NCBI RefSeq assembly: GCF_030068505.1
Contig: NZ_JAQOSO010000055.1
Coordinates: 219,541-243,540 of the forward strand
DNA: 24,000 nt
DNA from: Roseofilum capinflatum BLCC-M114
GTDB taxonomy: Bacteria > Cyanobacteriota > Cyanobacteriia > Cyanobacteriales > Desertifilaceae
Reading direction: 5' to 3'
A model generated the notes under the pieces. It saw only the letters and a program-made list of their open reading frames with translations, made no database searches and was not told where the DNA came from. Position numbers and translations under genes: made by a program. Positions 21,981 through 24,000 of this stretch are shown piece by piece (within the stretch, counting starts at the first letter, position 1; each line of letters opens with the position of its first letter).

Positions 21981-24000
21981 TTAATACACAAAAATATTGG
22001 TATTACTAAAGCTACCCACCGAGGGACGACCCGGAGCATTCAGAACCGCTAGGGGTTGATTATTCAAAATACCGCCAGCCGCCGAACCATTATTATCAAA
22101 GAACAAGTTGCCTTGGGAATCGTAAATAAAGCGGAACTGGTCACCATTTTCAGCATTCTCATAGGCCGATGGCGGATTAGCCGGGTTAAAGGCAGAATTC
22201 GATAAGAACAAGCGTCCTTCTGACAACTGTCCTGCCGTCAGACCAGCCCCAAAGGTATCAGCATTAATCAAAATCACACTACTGCTGCCAAAGCCTTGGA
22301 TAACATCCGTGCCTTCATCTAGGAAGCTATACACATAATAATCTTGTCCGGACACTCCATTAAGCGTATCGGGGCCTTGTCCTCCAAAGAACAAGTCGCT
22401 AGAGCTACTGCCTCGGAAACTCTCCGGTAGGACTGTACCGGCGACTAAACTCCCGGTAATTGGAGTGGGAACGGCCGGTGCGGTCAGTCGGGCAATACCC
22501 CGTCCGGTATTATCAGGAGGACTCGTCAAGCGCAGAGTGGTATCCTGAGTGATACTCAAGCTGGTTTCATTGTATATACCCGGAGCAACGATGATCGTAT
22601 CTTGACCCGATACACCGGGAGTCGGGAAGCTATCATCCTGATTATTGGTGAGAATTTGATCCGTTCTGGCCGCGCCTACAGTGCTATAGACATTAATCGT
22701 GGCTTCGTCAGAAACTCTGCCTCCAGTATTGGTTGCACGTACCACCAAGCCAAAGGGCCCATTGCCGCCAGGAGCGCTATTGAGGGTGATATTCCCATTG
22801 GCATCAATACTAAAGTTCGTGCTAGAAGCACCTCCGGTAACGCGGGAAATTTCATAGGATTGAATGCCGTCATTATCGGAGGATTGAATTTGTCCAATCG
22901 CTGTTCCGGGTTGGGTTCCGTTTGTACTCGAATTACTGACGGTCAGAACTTCTCCGCCGACTAATTGAGGTGCAGTGGGGGGCTGAGTGCCGGGGGTTGG
23001 GGTTGGGGTGGGAGTCGGAGTAGGAGTCGGCGTTGGGGTGGGAGTGGGCGTTGGGGTGGGCGTTGGCAGTTCAACGGTGACAAAATCTGTTTCGTTAATC
23101 AGAGCAACATTGACGTTTTGCAAGACCATTAAATAATCACCGAGGACGGGGCCGGTTTCCCCACCTGCGTTAATAATCTGACGAATGACCACATCATTGG
23201 CATTGTCTCCGGTTCCTTGGGTGATAAACAGATCGCTAAAAGTGAGTCCACCGCCTAAGCCGATTTTGTCTTCTTTGTTTACGTCTGCATCAACAAAGAA
23301 GTCGGTAACAATATCTGCACCGGAGATCTGGAAACTACCGGAGTCGGGAGCGATCGCAAAGGTATCTCGTCCTGCACCACCGAGCATAATATCAGCGCCC
23401 GTACCCCCAAAGAGGAAATCATTACCGGCTACGGTATTATCGGCATCTCCAGCTAGGGCATCATTACCGGCATTGCCTTGTAGGGTATCATCGCCGCGAT
23501 CGCCAGACAGAAAATCATTTCCATCTCCCCCTTCAATCTGATCTTCATTTTGTCCCCCAAACAGGGAATCATCACCTGGATTTCCCAGCAGGGTATCATT
23601 TTCCGTACCGCCAGCCACAAAATCTGCACCATTACCACCCAGGAGACTATCAGCACCGGCTTCGCCGACGACTACATCATCATCATTATCTCCAAAAATA
23701 GTATCGCTATCATTCCCGCCAAAGAGAAAATCAATTCCTTGACCCCCTCGGATACTTTCTAAGCCATCTCGGCCTTCAATCGTATCGTTGCCTAAATCTC
23801 CGAATAGACTATCATTTCCTTCACTACCGACCAGATAATCATCATCTTGGCCGCCATAAATGAGATCGTTACCTCCATTCCCATCAATGGCATCTACACC
23901 CGTTCCCCCAAAGAGCAAATCATTAAATGTTCCGCCAGAGATCTGATCGTTACCCGGCCCTCCCAGGATTAAATCAATACCATCGCCTCCAGCCAGGAAA
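21981..24000 (-). CDS. Large RTX (hemolysin-type Ca-binding repeat) exoprotein with a (PT)n linker and a cadherin-like domain. The 5' end lies beyond the window.
   Basis: The frame stays open upstream of the track's TTG at 23918 to the window edge (FLAGGDGIDLILGGPGNDQISGG...). There are many GGxGxDxLx nonapeptides, a PTPTPTPTPTPTPTPTPTPTPTPTP linker, a cadherin-like block (IGQIQSSDNDGIQSYEISRVTGG...NFSIDANGNITL...ATNTGGRVSDEATINVY), and a C-terminal region ending NIFVY* that fits a T1SS substrate. Confidence 0.85.
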   Translation of the reverse strand, partial: FLAGGDGIDLILGGPGNDQISGGTFNDLLFGGTGVDAIDGNGGNDLIYGGQDDDYLVGSEGNDSLFGDLGNDTIEGRDGLESIRGGQGIDFLFGGNDSDTIFGDNDDDVVVGEAGADSLLGGNGADFVAGGTENDTLLGNPGDDSLFGGQNEDQIEGGDGNDFLSGDRGDDTLQGNAGNDALAGDADNTVAGNDFLFGGTGADIMLGGAGRDTFAIAPDSGSFQISGADIVTDFFVDADVNKEDKIGLGGGLTFSDLFITQGTGDNANDVVIRQIINAGGETGPVLGDYLMVLQNVNVALINETDFVTVELPTPTPTPTPTPTPTPTPTPTPTPTPGTQPPTAPQLVGGEVLTVSNSSTNGTQPGTAIGQIQSSDNDGIQSYEISRVTGGASSTNFSIDANGNITLNSAPGGNGPFGLVVRATNTGGRVSDEATINVYSTVGAARTDQILTNNQDDSFPTPGVSGQDTIIVAPGIYNETSLSITQDTTLRLTSPPDNTGRGIARLTAPAVPTPITGSLVAGTVLPESFRGSSSSDLFFGGQGPDTLNGVSGQDYYVYSFLDEGTDVIQGFGSSSVILINADTFGAGLTAGQLSEGRLFLSNSAFNPANPPSAYENAENGDQFRFIYDSQGNLFFDNNGSAAGGILNNQPLAVLNAPGRPSVGSFSNTNIFVY

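Noticed and set aside
22602-23762. Plus- and minus-strand ORFs inside the RTX gene (22602..22964, 22676..22897, 23185..23541, 23453..23656, 23550..23762)
   Set aside because: These are alternative-frame or antisense artefacts of the repetitive GGxGxD-coding DNA.

Overview
This is a chromosomal segment from a cyanobacterium. I counted about 29 exact GCGATCGC (HIP1) octamers by eye in 24 kb, against fewer than 1 expected by chance. STRR-like heptamer arrays and several small palindromic or MITE-like repeat families support the same assignment.

Gene content, in order:
- a sugar-type ABC substrate-binding lipoprotein (partial, minus strand, absent from the ORF track)
- an XPB/Rad25-like SF2 helicase
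- tRNA-His(GUG)
- a lipid-A-disaccharide-synthase-related protein
- a membrane-spanning CHAT (caspase-like)/TPR protein
- cobO
- a complete IS200/IS605 element (divergent tnpA and tnpB, both subterminal hairpins)
- dps and sulfiredoxin
- der (EngA)
- a MntA/HepT (MNT/HEPN) toxin-antitoxin pair
- an RTX-repeat remnant
- an orphan xisI
- a NupC-family nucleoside transporter
- a secreted and anchored beta-sandwich protein
- a cupin and a hypothetical protein
- two tandem paralogous all-coiled-coil proteins separated by a near-perfect 2 x 90-bp hairpin repeat
- a tight clpS / poly-Lys small protein / PD-(D/E)xK-like trio
- a Uma2 endonuclease
- a small secreted heptad-repeat protein
- a DUF457-like membrane hydrolase
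- the 3' two-thirds of a giant RTX/cadherin-like exoprotein

I saw no CRISPR array, cas gene, reverse transcriptase or integrase.

The least-explained content is the minus-strand block 15.7-19.8 kb. It holds clpS, a small basic protein, a nuclease-like protein and the two coiled-coil paralogs, interleaved with structured repeats and closed by one strong terminator. The dispersed hairpin and MITE families are also unexplained.

All functional calls come from motif recognition by eye. No database search was run.
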